From Tubiluchus corallicola (Eukaryota; Animalia; Priapulida): 64,000 nucleotides of DNA. Below the pieces are notes generated by a model. That model was given only the letters and a program-made list of their open reading frames with translations, had not been told where the DNA came from and searched no databases. The stretch is from positions 186,001 through 250,000 of the forward strand of contig JAQGDQ010000287.1 of assembly GCA_030141605.1 (NCBI GenBank), given 5' to 3'. How positions within the stretch are numbered: the stretch's first letter is position 1; every line of letters starts with the position of its first letter. The position numbers and the translations under genes were made by a program. This document shows, in pieces, positions 12,145 through 27,699 of this stretch.

Positions 12145-12375
12145 CTTCTGGCAGAACTGGAATCCAGCTCTTATTATCAAGTCTAACACTCTAAGATGAG
12201 ATACTGGATCGACTGGGGTGTGTCTTGGCTACTTTTGCATGTCAGTATGTCTTCCCTCGACAAGATAAACAGCCAGAATGAGAATTGTATGTTGGAATAA
12301 TTCAAAAGAGTAATGAACCTGGTGGTCACCAATCCATTTGCTGATTAACCTCGGATCTGCTTAACTTTGCTCGTT
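12145..12375 (-). mobile_element. SINE with a 5S rRNA-like segment (same family as 32477-32695)
   Basis: Minus strand aagttaagcag...ggattggtgacc, plus shared body cagtatctcatcttagag...ggattcc..ctgcca. Confidence 0.5.
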
Positions 12376-14357
12376 AGGCGTACACTGTCACCACTCGACG
12401 AATCCTTTGGCCTACAGAACTGTGTACATATCAGTCTATAGTAAAACATTTCCTACAAACTCATTTGTGAACAAATGTCTCAATTATCGATTCACTACGG
12501 CCAACAAAATGTTAATAAATTGCCAACAGTAACTAGTAATTACAAACACACTGACCACAACGTCTGTCTCTGTGAACACAAGTTAAAGCCTCGGGGGGTA
12601 AATAAGCATCACGGAACAGCCAGACAATTATACCGTAAACACTAAACCGAAGCGAAATTTTACAAAGAAATTCAAATGAGAAAATAGAAAGTTTAATGAC
12701 AAATGAAGTACTAGTCTAATCTTCATAGTTCATTTTGTTATACTTAAACACGAAAAAAATAATAAGGGTTCGACTACACTTATCAGTCTGTTTTTCAATT
12801 TTATTTTAATCACATTCACATAAAATATATCTAACGAGCGAGCAAATGCAATTCTCGTTTGTAGAACAAGCGTTTTTATTTTGCACAATGTTTACTTACT
12901 AGATAAGGAAGAGATATAAAAATATTTAAAACAAAATATTGAATATATTGAAATAAAAGATAAATAGGAAACTGTAGCTATCCTAGTCCAAATATTATTC
13001 TTATCAGAAAGACAGTTCCAGTGTTTTAAAAGCAATTAAGCATCGTAAAAGAATTTTTAGCCGTCAAGTCTCAGAGTGGCTCCTAAAAAGCTACGCATAT
13101 CACCAAAAAATTTTAGTAGAAGCAAAAAATTAATTGAAGAATGAAAAACAAAAAAGTAGATCAAAGTCCTAGGAGGAGTTGAGCGTGCTAAGCATCAGAC
13201 TGACCAGTGACCATGTATACTAATACTGACCTTGACTCAAGGTTACAATTTACTAGTGTAAGTCCCCTCGAGCTGCCGACCCCCCCGCAAGTTCCTAGTC
13301 TAGTAGTCTAGTTACCGAGTGTTATAGCGGAGAAAGAAGCAAACGAACTATAAAACAAGACGATTCTGCAATTATCACATCTGAAACAACGTGACAGTGC
13401 TGCGAATATGGCTTCCCTAAAGAAAACCCGAACGCCTACACCGACTTTTGTAGACGAGCACGAGGTGGCAAACGTTACACAAGCAAGAAAATTAATTCCG
13501 CTGATCTTTGGTGGTTTTCTTTGTTCTCTGCCAACCAACCAATGCCAGTGATTAATCGAGTTCGTAACCCAATGATATTAATGATGCAATTTTATTATAC
13601 GCCCGACGTTGATAAATAACGCAAATAAATCTTGGCTGCTTTACGCCAACGTTATTGCACTTGCGTACGGGAGTGGAGCAGTGAAACGGGTTGCGTGCAA
13701 AATACATTGCTGCTTGCTTGTCCCATTAATTTTAGACAAGTATAATATATTATTTAATCTGACGTATACCTGAAACAGCTATACTAAAGTTTGCACTATA
13801 TATTTAGGTGTGGAATGTGTATTACACGTACGTACGCTCTGCAGTCACGCACACCGTGCCGTGCTTTGCTATATATTACATATGAAATGTTTTTACTATT
13901 AAGCATTAGTACTTAAAGGACAAGAAAAGGGGTACGTAAAGTAGGTTTCGGAAAAATCGCGTTAAAAAATTATATTACTTTATAGCAATTTTATGCGTAT
14001 ATCTTAAACGCGCTGAAAGGAATTTTAGTTTGTTCTCATTTTAAATCTACCGCAATGCTGTTCCGAAGTCGCCATTACATGACGTCACCACGCAAACGTA
14101 AATCAGGGGAAGAAAAGGAAATGTTAAATTATGACCCAAAACACTTTCCGTGCAAATTTATATTACTTAGATTTTCGCTTACCTACTAGAAAGACTTATG
14201 TAACTAGAAAAGAAAACTATTAATTATTTAAAATGTTTTCATCAATTGGTAAAGCACCACTCAGTAACCAAAAACATATTTTTAATCTTATTGACAAGAT
14301 ACTGTAATTTTAAATTTTATTTATTTGGAGACTTGCGCGCTACGAATGTTCTGACTG

Positions 14358-14480
14358 TTTTTTCAAACTTTACAAAATGTTATCTAAACTTGTTTCAAAT
14401 GACCTGTCGTGAAAATGGCTGCGTCTAACGGTCATCCGGGAGTTTAAATTTACATGTTTTATACAGCGTGACTGCCGATT
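14358..14480 (+). repeat. Dispersed repeat; other copies at about 41992-42130 (+) and 22585-22690 (-)
   Basis: Shared tttttcaaactttac..aatgtta.ctaaacttgtttcaaatgac...aaaatggctgc...gtcatc...ttttRtacagcgt. Confidence 0.7.
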
Positions 14481-15974
14481 GAAGTTCTGCATGCAAAAAG
14501 GCAGTATGTAAGCGATATAAAATTTCAAAAAGAATTTTTTAAGCTTTATGTTTATGAAGGGTTTTCTTGTGCGTTAATTACTTTGTAGTTCAAAAGCTTT
14601 TACAAGCGATAAAATAGCGGCTTAGCGTCTACATATATTGATAACATACGTACAGACTAAAATTGTGTCTACACTGTGTGTACCAACGATAACGGCAAAT
14701 GTCTTTGCTGGATGGTCTATTTATCAGCTCTAGTCAGACGTCACATTTATTTATATAGCAATAAACAAAAAAGATCAGCAAGAAACAGAGTGAGTGACAA
14801 ACGCTTTCAAACAGAAATGCAAATTTTAGGTCGGGCAAACGTTAAGTAAGAATGTAGCTCAGGCAGTGACTTGAGCTCTCACACGTGTTTACAATCATAG
14901 CGTAAGAATTTTATCTGTGAAAGGATCTGTGACTAGCTACCTGCCGGAACCTGAAAACAGCACGACTCCAATGTATTTTCAGAATTGCCTCTATTTAAAA
15001 TATTCATTCAGTGCAGATCTACTAGTCATCAGTGAGAATTTCTGATAAAAATCGTGATAAAATATGAGTAATACGTTCGCAGAAAGAAAGTAGTGCGTCG
15101 ACAAAGAAAGTAGTGCGTCGGCAAAGAAAGTAGGTGTTAGGACTTTAAATAGTAAAAACAGTTGAAGGCATTTTAACAAGGTCCGATGTCAATCCCTCTT
15201 TTTGGCTGTAGATTAAACTAGCTTCCAGATGTCCTAATGCTATTGAATGTTAACGTACGAAATTGCAGTGATTAGTAAAATTGAATTTGGGGGTTAGTAA
15301 ATATTAAAAGCAGTTATTTTTGTACATACCGCGTTTTATATGTATTTAGTAAAACTGTTTGAAACGCAGGTAAAAGTTAATGTCTCCGGAGAAAGCTCAA
15401 CACTAGCATTGAAGAATTAGTGACTGCCTTTCCTAGAAAATATACATTAGACATCTTTTTCTGCTGTGTTCTAAGTGTTCGGGTATTGTTAAGAAATTCT
15501 CAGAACAATTTTAGACGTTAGGAGTTTAACGGACACAAAATGATGCATATTTCGGTACCTATTATGATACAATCTGTCGTTTTAATACGTTTTTACAAGA
15601 AAATAGAACAGTTTTTTAATGTATAAACTATGTATAATGAAATACACTTGGGATGCTCTGCCCTGCATGATAAAAGCACAAAAAACACTCTTCATAAAAA
15701 AACTAAAGAAATCGCTTTCAAATGTTATATCACATGCTGTCTTACTGCGCACAGAGCTTGCATCAGCAGTACTTAACGTTGTAACGTTGTATAAGACTAG
15801 TAAATTTAAAGTCCCGCGATAACCGTTAAGCACAGATGTTTTAAGTCGTTCGAAAGAAGTTTAGACGATGTACCAATCAGACCATTTGTAGCACACACAA
15901 ATGTACATGGGTGTAGGCGGTGCTGTTGGATTGTGTGCTACAAGGATGAAATCTGGAGCCTGCTCTGTCATGTT

Positions 15975-16045
15975 GAGCTAGTATCTCAGCTGGCACAGAA
16001 TTGGAGTACTAATCGAGGTCTCTGGTTCAAATCCCGACTAGGCCA
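15975..16045 (+). mobile_element. tRNA-derived SINE head
   Basis: A-box-like tctcagctgg and B box ggttcaaatccc; no intact cloverleaf. Confidence 0.55.
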
Positions 16046-16949
16046 GAATTTTGCAGGTCTCGTTTTTCTAACTCATTACCCGCAATAAGCAATAATTGCT
16101 AAAAATAAACCACAGTGGTTTATAAACACTCTGGTATCACAGTCATATTCACAGTCATAATAATAAAGTCAATTAATTTGTGTTGTTTCAAATGTTTTCA
16201 CTGTTTCTTTCACTAACTAAGCAAGTGTTAAACTTATTTTATATTGCCAATGAGAACAATAATGAGTTTTTTTTTGGTGACTCAGTGGCGCACACGAAAA
16301 TGGCAACGCGATGCCGTTTTATCACTTGGCTCGAATATTTCAAATTAGTAAGTATTTTCTTATCCGACTACGTAAGTCTTATACAGGCGTAGTATTAAGC
16401 ATTGTAATTTTATGTGACAAATTCTTTGGGATCTACATTAAAATTCCCTTTTCTTCCCCCTTCAAGCTGATTTTTATCTGAACAGTGAACAGGAACAGTC
16501 GCCTTCGCTTTGGGGTCAACAGTATAATAGCAAGTATAGTATTAATAGCGGTATTACTCACAGCGGTATAATTACCAACTGCAGTAATGGAGGTGGAAGC
16601 AAAGATTACTTAATAGTTCTATTAACTGTATAATTAGGTAACTTGACTCATATGGGAAGCTTATCATTACCACTACATTTATAAGACAAGAAATATGCGT
16701 TTACACACATCAGTGGACACATCAATAAATACATTAACAAATATGATATTATAGAAAAATAAAACAGATAATGCACTCCAATTTTTCTAAAATAAGTAAT
16801 AACAATTCTGCGAGGTCATAACAAGCGGCGATTGTGACGGTGGCAGCAGCAGCAGCAGCAACAGCGACAACAAAGTTAACCGGTTTTTACTAATTATCAG
16901 AAAGAATTTTGGGTAAATGACTTACATTACTAATTACTCAGAAATGAGT

Positions 16950-17345
16950 TAAACAGTAAGTAGGTGAATGGCAACCTGAAATAACGAAAACGGAAAAGAG
17001 GAAGGAGAAAAAAGAAAAAGAATAAGTGAGGCATAAACAGTGAAGTAGGAATGACGTGATGAGCTAATTAATGTATGGTAAAATGAAAGAATGAATGAAT
17101 GAATAAGAAATGGATGAATAAAACAACAAACGAGTACAGTAATAAAAAAATGAATGAAAGTATGAAACAATAATGACTGCATGAACGATGGATTTGATAA
17201 GGAGTGAATGAATAACAAACATATGAATGAACGAAAGAAAAAATAAAAAATGAATTAAAAATGAATGTATAAACGATTGCATACAAAATTTTGTAAATGT
17301 GGGAATGACTGAATGAAGAAAGAATAAAAAATGTATGAAGAAATA
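16950..17345. repeat. Degenerate (GAAT)n-rich simple repeat
   Basis: Many atgaatgaa units. Confidence 0.8.
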
Positions 17346-17654
17346 ACCAGTAGCCAGTCAATTTCTTTTATTTTAAAACAAATGCACTTAATAACGTCTC
17401 TAAGCACACGCGCTGAAACATGGTTTACACACACACACTTCTACTTCAGGCAATGCGCTTAGGCCATAAAATGCCTATAATGTGTTTTCAACTAGGATAA
17501 TAAAACCCCTGGTACATAGTTTTATGGTCCCAATACAAATACTTGCGCCCGGGACTAGTAATGAGCTGTTAATAGCGGAAAACAGCGTAGGGCTGTAATC
17601 ATACGTTGTCACGAGTGTCATCTGTCAATCAGACGGCTGGCGCTGCGTCCTCGT

Positions 17655-18281
<627 letters not shown>

Positions 18282-19449
18282 CCAGGTAATTAGTAGAACA
18301 ACTGGGCAAAACGTTCAAAACATACTAAAAATGGAAAAAACGTTTCGAGACTAAAGTAAAAACTTCAAAAATGTCAAGATTCCAAGGTCTGCAGTGTTAA
18401 CCGACAGGGTGTAGTGCAGTGCAAGCAGGAACTGCAGTATGCACAATGACATTTATTCCAGCAAAAGTTTTATGCATGTCTAAGTTAGGATGAAATCATT
18501 AGACATGTTTTATTATCTTGATAATCAGATTCTGCACCTCTGTAAAACACTTAAACACATTTTACAACTCTTCTACAAACATAGTGCTTTTTTATTGATT
18601 TATGTAATCACACTGATGTATACTTTATCTTGTTGAAATTTGCCCTATAGACAGCTAAACTGCAGACCTGCAGAACAAGAGCTTGTTCATCTATTTTTTC
18701 CTCGGGTCACTTATCTATGAAGTTTTTCGCCAGCAAATTGCTTCTCTGTTAATTTCAACTTCAGCTTTTTCAAGAAAAACAGCAACACAGCATTCTAATA
18801 CACTAACAAATTAGTTTCCTATTCCATTTCCTGTATAAAAATGTTTTGCAGTTAAAATTTAAACGTTAGGCTAGCTTCAGCTTTCAGAAAACTGAGGTAT
18901 CGGTTCTAATCTTTCACGTGTTTGTTACTATTTTTTCCAAGCTCCAATGAAAAACTGTGAGTTTATTTTATCATTATCAACAGTCATTTTCGCAAATTTC
19001 CATCATTTTTTGACAAATTGACAAAACCACCAATTTCCACAAATTAAGTGGAGCACATATATGAAAGTATGCTTACGTATAATAGAACTTTTACTGCACA
19101 ATGAAAGGAGATACGAATGATGCAAAGTCACAAACTTGACACGCACTTCAACGCTCAATATTTATACAGAATCCCACATTCAAGGCAAACTTATCAATGA
19201 CTGACCGCTGCTTACACTACGAGTCATTTGAAACCCAATACAAGAGAAAGTGTGAACTGGACCCACCCGGCAGATACAGTTCTCAAGTCCCCTGACTATA
19301 TCATTTTCACATCCATCATCCAGAATACCAGTCCTCTAACAACTTGTCAATTCAAACTGCAGTAAATCACTTGACAGGACGCGCGTGCAATTGCTAATTA
19401 CGCTAAACTACACTTCCGAATAAAAGTTTGCTGCAAAACAGTTGAATTG

Positions 19450-20170
19450 AACTAATTACAGTCACGCAGCAATCGCTTAATTCGAATTTCTCAAATTTAA
19501 TTTCTATTGATTTAGGTTCCGTATACTAATTGCAGTCAAACAGTAAGTCGCTTAATTCGAATTTTTCAAATTTCATTTCTATGTATTCGTTTACAGTACA
19601 CTAACTGCAGTCGAAAACAAAGTCGGCAAACTCGTTTAATCCGAATTTTACCAATTTAATTTCTATGAATTCAAGTACAGTACATTAATTACAGTCAAAA
19701 ACTAAGTCGGCAGTCACTTAATTCGAATTTTACAAATTTAATTTCAATGGACTCAAGTAGTGTACACTAATTGCAGTCAAAAACAAAGTTCGCAAACTCG
19801 TTTAATTCGAATTTTACAAATTTAATTTCTATGAATTCAAGTACAGCACATTAATTACAGTCAAAAACTAAGTCGGCAGTCACTTAATTCGAATTTTACA
19901 AATTTAATTTCTATGAATTCAAGTACAGCACATTAATTACAGTCAAAAACTAAGTCGGCAGTCACTTAATTCGAATTTTACAAATTTAATTTCTATGAAT
20001 TAAAGTACAGTACATTAATTACAGTCAGTAACTAAGTCAACAGTCGCTTATTTCGCATTTTTCAAATTTCATTTTTATGGATTCAAGCATAGTAATTCCA
20101 CGCAGTAGCTTGTTCAATTCAAATTTTTCATTACGATCACACAGTAAGCCGCTTAATGCGAATTTTTCAA
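19450..20170. repeat. Minisatellite, about 82-bp unit, about 8 copies
   Basis: Unit ttaattcgaattttacaaatttaatttctatgaattcaagtacagcacattaattacagtcaaaaactaagtcggcagtcac, with starts at 19884 and 19966. Central copies are near-identical and edge copies diverged. Confidence 0.92.
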
Positions 20171-23100
20171 CTTTTTCAAAGTTTTGAGCATGGTCAGTCA
20201 CTTGCAAAATTGCTGATTGGATAAGACCACAGTTAGATAAGCAAAACTAAATAAGTCGGATACCGATATATACAGTCATCTAAAACCACTTAACTAAAAT
20301 TAGGTGACTGTTCATGACGCATAGATACCTATTTATAAGCATAACTGCAACGCGTGCATGACTGTGATATTCCAGCCGTTCTAAATGCAGACCAGACCGG
20401 GGATTTGGCAGTTTAATTGCAGTTCAACTCGAACAAATTTTCTTAACTAAATCGTTCATCATTTTGAATGTCCACGTATTTTATCCTCTACACGTCAGAA
20501 AAAGGTGAAACTTATGAAGAAGAATTCTGTTTTTAGAGATGCTGAACGAAACAAAGATCGTGGATAAGAAGGATTATGCCCAGTGTCGTCCTTCAAAACA
20601 TCCTCAGCAAATCTCTTGTTTATACGTGTTCGAGACTGACAATGTAGTCCAGTACGGCTCTATTATTGGACGGCAAACTTTGGGCTTTCGTAGATCTCCA
20701 ACACAAATATTAGCTGTACGTTTACATCTACTTTGCTCGTTGTCTGTTTACATCGCTGGAAGAATAAAAACCTCAAAATCCAATAAACGCATCAGCAGTT
20801 TACATTGCACGGCTCAATGCCCAGACTTCAAAAACATGCACTTACACAGTTATGGGCAATAAATAATATTTCAGAGTATAAATACTGTAGTTTGAAATTT
20901 ATATTGTAGTTGATTTACTTAGACATATTAGCACCCCTGAACTTTTGATAACCAGCAAAACACAAGAAACAAGCGTCAGTAATTTGAAACCAATTTACGC
21001 AAATAGCTTGCTGATGATCTTTGTTCACGTATAGAAAACGTATCAGTTGTAAACTAGATAGAAATGAACATTTTGTAAAATATCAACGTTTGGACAACTG
21101 GATGCGTCTCTGTCCAACTTTAAATAAAAGCTCAATCACCAACCTTTCGGATACATGTGTACTAGCATACAGTATTGTTTCCATTTTTTGCTATGGGAAC
21201 TAGTGTTTTGATGTGTAGACATGGGTGGTAGAAATTTCACTTGGGAAATTTCCTGTTGGTAGATTTCACTTGGGAAAATGGATCGAAAGGGCTGCCTTGT
21301 TCATGTGAATTTTTTTGAATTATATATACATACATACATATATATTATTTATTTCGCAAAAAGGTAAATACTACATCTTACACAGTTGCAATCGTAAATT
21401 AGTTCATCTGCACAATATTTACATAAATTATACTGATTAGTAAACAACTTTTATAATTACCGTCTATGTACAGAAGTCAAGTACTATGACATTTAATTGA
21501 TTAGCAGACTTAGCTACACCTCTTTTGCATCATTATCTGTATATACAAAGCTCTGTATTACTGTCCGTGTTATTTTGAATTGGAAACCGTATTTGATATT
21601 ACTGTGGTTAATCCGGCGATTGGAAGTTTAGTTTTGATGAATTTTGTAAATCAGAGGTTATAAAATCACCCAAATTGCAAATATTGGGTTATCAGAAATA
21701 ACCCGATCTGCAGAGTTCTCAAACTTTTTTCTCTACTAACTATCGCACCTACACTAATTAAGATATTGCTCATATTAGCTTGCAAGTATTTTATAATGTG
21801 TGTGACAAACTTATTTCACAGTCTCGCACGACCGTAGAAATATCCCGCAACACGAACATTTTATGCTGTTTTGTAAATCTATACCTCCGCTATTCTGCTA
21901 CGCGAAAAAACTTCGACCAATAATAATTTTACAACGTGCCAAATATAACACATAGAGTCTTCATATGCCATATATTAAGCCTCTTCGCGCGCTATTTATT
22001 ATGTTTTAACAAGTGTAACAACGTGCTAAACTTTACCCAAAGGCTTGTTAATAAAAAGCCTCGAAACTAAATTTAAAGCGCGCTTCTATATTCATGTAAC
22101 AGTTTTCGATGTACAGCATAGCAAAAAGTTCCAAAATTGAAATTCAAAGTTGTGCTTTTATACGTTATAATCGTGCAAGCAGCAAGCTATCGATGTACAG
22201 CATCGCTATCTCGGCTTATCAACGCATTTTTCAGGCGTCAGGGAGTAATGTTTGAATTTGTATAGTGCAGTGTAAACATTTTTTCCTGTTATCTTGTCGG
22301 ATCTATGTGAACTGCAGAGACTTAAGTACACATTCATCTCAGCACAATGTTGACATGGTTTACCTGCAGTTTTAATCTCTGCTTTATTATTCATTGCATG
22401 TAAATACACCACTATTAGAATCACGAAATTAACAGTTTCTCGACTGCACTGTTCTGGTGCGCAATTCATTGTGCTGGTTCGTAATGCATTGTGGTATTAA
22501 CGAAAGTAAACAGTCTTCATAAACATAGCTAAAAAATCCGTCCTGAAATTTCACATCACTTTCAGGTTGTCTTATTGCATGCATAGCTTGCATTAACAGT
22601 AACGCTGTATAAAACTTTTTGATTTAAACTCCCGCGATGACCATAAGGTGCAACAATTTTAATGGTAAGGCGTTTGAAACAAGTTTAACTAAGATGACAG
22701 TCAGCTCTCACTTAAGAAAAGACATGGCTTTTATTCAGCTACAACATCTGCAACATTTCGACATGTTTACGTGTCATGCTCACGCAACAAATCAGCTAAA
22801 TAAAAATACAGCGTAAAAACGTATGACTTAGTATGGAAACTTCTTTCGGACATTCACTTTTCTTCCCCTTTAAGTCAACAAGTTACCAGCAAGTCACAAT
22901 ATGGCTACGAAAATCAGTAATTTTAAATTTTTAAAGATGTTACTGGTAATACATTTCAAAACCCAATTTAAATTTCTTGACATCTTAGGCTATAATTTGT
23001 AGAAGTTTATCAGTGTTAAGAACTAGTTCCCCTTACTTCTCTAACAAGGAAAATAATAATTTCAATTCCAAGTTCCAGCGAATCAAAAGAACTAATTCAA

Positions 23101-24099
23101 ATTCCTAGTTCCTAGTTAATTTTTAAGTAATTAAATTTAGTTTTAAGCATCTCTGTGACGAAAGAACTGATTTAAGTTCGTAATTCCATTAACACTGGAA
23201 CTAATCCGGAATGCAAGGATTAGGCTACTTGCTTTCAGAACAATATTTACCGTTGTCATGGAATCAGCTTTTTCGTGAATATGCAATTTAGAACATCATC
23301 ACAGATCCATTTTTCACAAAAATTTAAAATGCGTTGCAAATCTATTGTGACGTCATAATATTAAAAGCTTATTAAAATCGAATAACTAGAACGAGAGCAG
23401 CACCACGGCGAAACAGACCTCTTTTCAGAGTTACTTCACAAGCGTGTAACCAAAAATGTACCAGTTCCAAGCACCTCAAAAGAGGTACTAATTCATTTTA
23501 TGACTTAAGATCCGTTACGATCCTGTCAAAATGTTCTCTAGCTAAAACGGTTTAAAATTCAGTAAATTCGCTGTCAAAGGCAGAGTGCTCATAACTCCAT
23601 TATGTTACCAGACGTGTCGTTGACGCCAGTTTAAACACAAAAACACGAGCTAATACAAAGACATTGAAAATCTGTGATTCAATAATGCATCGATAATAAC
23701 GCAAAGTCTTCTAGCTGGTAACACAATTATTTGAAGAAACCACAGTTCCCATGACAACGCGTTCAATATGAAGAGAGTAAATAGAGAAACCATTTTTTAC
23801 AAGTTCTGCAAATAAGTTTTTAAAACAAGCTCTCCTCGTCGCCGCTAAGATTACGAAATACGAACCAAGATGTACTTGTTCATTTTACGACTGTGCCATT
23901 GTGGCTGTTGGCAGACGCAACTGCTGTTTGTGCTCCAAATGGTGGTGGTGGTGGTAGTAGCGGTGATAGTGATGGTGGTGGGTGTATGGTGATGTGATTT
24001 TGTTGCAATGGTGCGTGGCGACAATAGCGGTGGTGCCCCCCAATATGATCATTATAATGATGATAATTCTACCAATATGTTATTGTGGCTGTTGGAGCT

Positions 24100-24420
24100 G
24101 TTGCAAGTAGTGGTGTTGGCGAAGACAGCAGAGTGTGATAATGGTGATGACAGTGGCAGCAGTGTGTGATGACAGTGGTGGCAAGTATGTGTGATGATGT
24201 TGGCGGCAGTGTGTGTGATGACAGTGGCAGCAGTGTGTGATGACGGTGGTGGCAGTGTGTGTGATGAATGTGGCGGCAGTGTGTGAGATGATGATAGCGG
24301 CAGTGTGTGATGACGGTGGCAGCGGTGTGTGTGTGTGTGTGTGATGGTGGCGGCAGTGTGTGAGATGATGATGGCGGCAGTGTGTATGATGACGGTGGTG
24401 GCGATGTGTGTGATGACAAT
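24100..24420. repeat. Minisatellite gtgtgtgatgacRgtggcRgca, about 21-23 bp
   Basis: Seen directly. Confidence 0.9.
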
Positions 24421-25339
24421 GCCCATTTCATTACATCACTATTGTTATTTGTTGTTCTGCATATGGCAATGATTATAATAATTATGATTAATTTCTATTA
24501 ATGTTGAAGTTTTCGTTTTATTTTATTTTGGTCATTGAAAATGGATAAGTAAGTTTATACCCGGAAAAATATATTTAGCCATTTACGTAACTTTTATATC
24601 AGTGCAACATATTGTACATTATACTACAGTTGCAAAATTGAGTTTTATATTGAAGTTTATTTTCACAGACAAGTATAACACTGTTCTTAAAATTGTTCTT
24701 CCAGATTTCATGTATTGTCAAACGGTACAATACACGGAAAGAAGCATTCAACTTTACATAAACAAAGTTCCGTGGGAGCTTGAAAGTTTTCAATTCAACT
24801 TGCTGTAGCTTCATGGCCCCATTTGGAATGCCATGTTCACCGGATTACAGCGAGTGCATAAGCCCGTCGAATAATCCTCGCACTGAATAGTTGTGAATAG
24901 TTGTCAAACCATCTCAGTGTGTATAAACACAGCCAGCACAAAGTACCGCCTAGCCAACACAACGCACAATGCTCAACAACTGGTAGAGTAAATAAATGCT
25001 AAAGGTTGATGGAACAATTTTAATCTTAGCTTGCCACGGTCACGGCGTGGTTACAGTAACTGCTACTGCCGACTGGTAGCAACAGTAGAGCTTTTCTGCT
25101 GCGCAAGTTCTTAAACTTCTATCTACTGTACGTGTCCACAGCACAATTTGAATGCCACGTGAATGCAGTAATGTGTAAGACGATAATGACGATGACGGTG
25201 GTAGTGGCGGTTTGATGGTTGTGATGATGGCAGTTTTAGCGCAATGCTATTGTTACTGTTGTTGTTGTTGTTGTTGTTGCTGCTGCTGCTGTTGGTGTTG
25301 TTACTGCTGTAGCTGTTGTTGTTATTGCTGCTGCTAGTG

Positions 25340-26110
25340 ATAGTGGTGGTGGATGTAGTGGTATATATTACTGATGACGAGGGTAATGGTTGTGGTTGTG
25401 GTAAGGGCATATGGTATTGACGACGAGGGTAATGGTGGTGGTTGTGGTAAGGGTATATGGTATTGATGACGAGGGTAATGGTGGTGGTTGTGGTAAGGGT
25501 ATATGGTATTGATGACGAAGGTAATGGTGGTGGTGGTGATGATAGTGGTATATAGTATTGATAACGAGGGAACTAGTGGTGATGGTGGTAATGATGGGAG
25601 TATATAGCATCGATGACGAGTTTAATGGTGGTGGTGGTGGTAGTGATCAGAGGAGTACATAGTATTGATATCGAGGGAACTGGTGATGGTGGTGGTGATG
25701 GTAGGGGTATATAGTATCGATGACGAGGGTAATGGTGGTGGTGATGGATGAGGGAACTGTTGATGGTGATGGTGGTGATGGTAGGGGTATATAGTATCGA
25801 TGACGTGGGTAATGGTGGTGGTGGTGGTGGTGATGATGATAGGGGTATATAGTACTGATGATGAGGGAACTGGTGATGGTGTTGGTGGTGTTGGTAGAGG
25901 TATATAGTATCGATGACGAGGGTAATGGTGGTGGTGGTAGTGATGATGATAGGGGTATATAGTACTGATGACGAGGGAACTGGTGATGGTGGTTGTGGTG
26001 GTGATGGTAGGGGTATATAGTATCGATGACGAGGGTAATGGTGGTGGTGGTAGTGATTGTAGGGGTATATAGTACTGATGATGAGGGAACTGGTGATGGT
26101 ATGTGGTAGT
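25340..26110. repeat. GGT-rich minisatellite with alternating A/B units
   Basis: ggtatatagtatcgatgacgagggtaat(ggt)n alternates with ggtatatagtactgatgaYgagggaactggtgatgg. Confidence 0.9.
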
Positions 26111-27699
26111 AAGTTGTATGAGTGGTAGCTACTGGCAACAGTACATCTTTTGGCTAGGATCAAGGCTCGAACTTCAACAACGCAGGTTCACAGCACAGTT
26201 TAACTTGGGCTGCTTTTGTAAGGACATGGCAGATACGGATATACTAAAGTATTATATTCTATTGTAGATTGTGAGGCTTGCTTGGTAGAAATTATTATAA
26301 CTGCTGCTATTTGTTATAATCTAAATTCTACATCGTTAGAAAATTCCAAAAATCTACATTTGTAGTTTCGATAAAATGACAGACCCACTGGGCAACTGGA
26401 CCCAAAAAACGATGTACCAAAAGCTTTCTAATTCTCGTTTCTAATTCTCATCACTTCTATCTTCACAAATGAAGAATGAGTCCAACGTTCTTGATGAAAT
26501 GACTCATTTCATTCAGTTTTATCGAGAAACTCGTGCTGTTGTTCATCGATTAATGACCATCAGAGCTTCAAAATGGTGACAACACCAAACGATGCATAAA
26601 ATAAGCGTTCTTTATTTAAAACTGAATGCTCATTGAATCTCTTTCTCATATTATTCTCTGCCTACACTTATTCCATTGAGTTTCTTCAATACAGGGAGAG
26701 GGAGGGGGAGACTCTATGCACTTCCCATTTTGCTGACGCAAAATAAACAATTCAATTTCGTACCCAAAATTATCAAAGTCGGTACCCTTGGGACGACCTT
26801 ACATCAGCTTTTAGGAAAATCGTGGAGGGGTAGAAAAAATGAAATCCAAACTAACACTTCCGCCTAATACGTTTAAGTTCAACGGTCCGCTATAACCATA
26901 TGTCGCTTAAAAGCATTCACTGTACCAACCGCTAAATGTAATAACATGGCGATTGCTGCAGGAATATTAACGCACAAGTTTCTAATTTCCCGTGGAGTTT
27001 ATCATAATTGGATTCCCTCCCCGTCACGGCACCCCGCCGAAGTGGTACCGGCTTCCCTTTCAATGTGTGGAGGGATGGAGCGCCTGGCACTGCAATTCAC
27101 TCCCCATGTGTGATTTCGCATTATGTACAACATGTGACAACTATTTAGCCCTCCATTTGATAATAAATTCTAAAATACTAAAAAAGCTTGATAATGACAA
27201 CCATTTTGAAAGAGAAATAAAATTTGCAAAGCAGGTTGAACGTTATTAGTCGAAGCAATTGGTACAGCTACTCATATTAAATTCACAGACATGATTTTAA
27301 AAAGATCTCTTCAATGCATCAATACCAATCTCTTAATACAAGTTAAGGGTATTAAATTAAATTTCTGATCTGCTGATTGAGCGTTTATGTGAAATCATAG
27401 TAATACTGAGAGCCTCTTAAAAACACCCGCCCCTCCAAAACAAGTTATACAATCATGTGGAAGCAATTTCACGGCGCAATCTGCGAAACATTCTGGCCAA
27501 TATGTTCAACATATGCCAGGCAGCGTAAAATAAGAACAATATTTTTATACCATCCATGCGCTGCGAGAAAAGGTGAATACTTCGCAAGCATAATATTTGT
27601 GCAAGGTGAAAACGCCAAGACGGGGTGTACTGTACTTGCACTTGCAAAACTTTCTCAGTTTTGAAGAACTAATGTCACTTGCCTGTTCTTTGGCAAGAA

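Noticed and set aside
13913-14340. Kolobok-like element starting TTAAAGG (similar start near 60320)
   Set aside because: I could not identify the matching opposite terminus or a TSD.
19450-20170. Possible CRISPR array
   Set aside because: Whole units are repeated with no unique spacers, there are no cas genes, and the context is a eukaryotic intron.
24052-26163. His/Thr/Pro-rich ORFs on the minus strand
   Set aside because: Stop-poor frames of GGT/GTG minisatellites, open in several frames at once.
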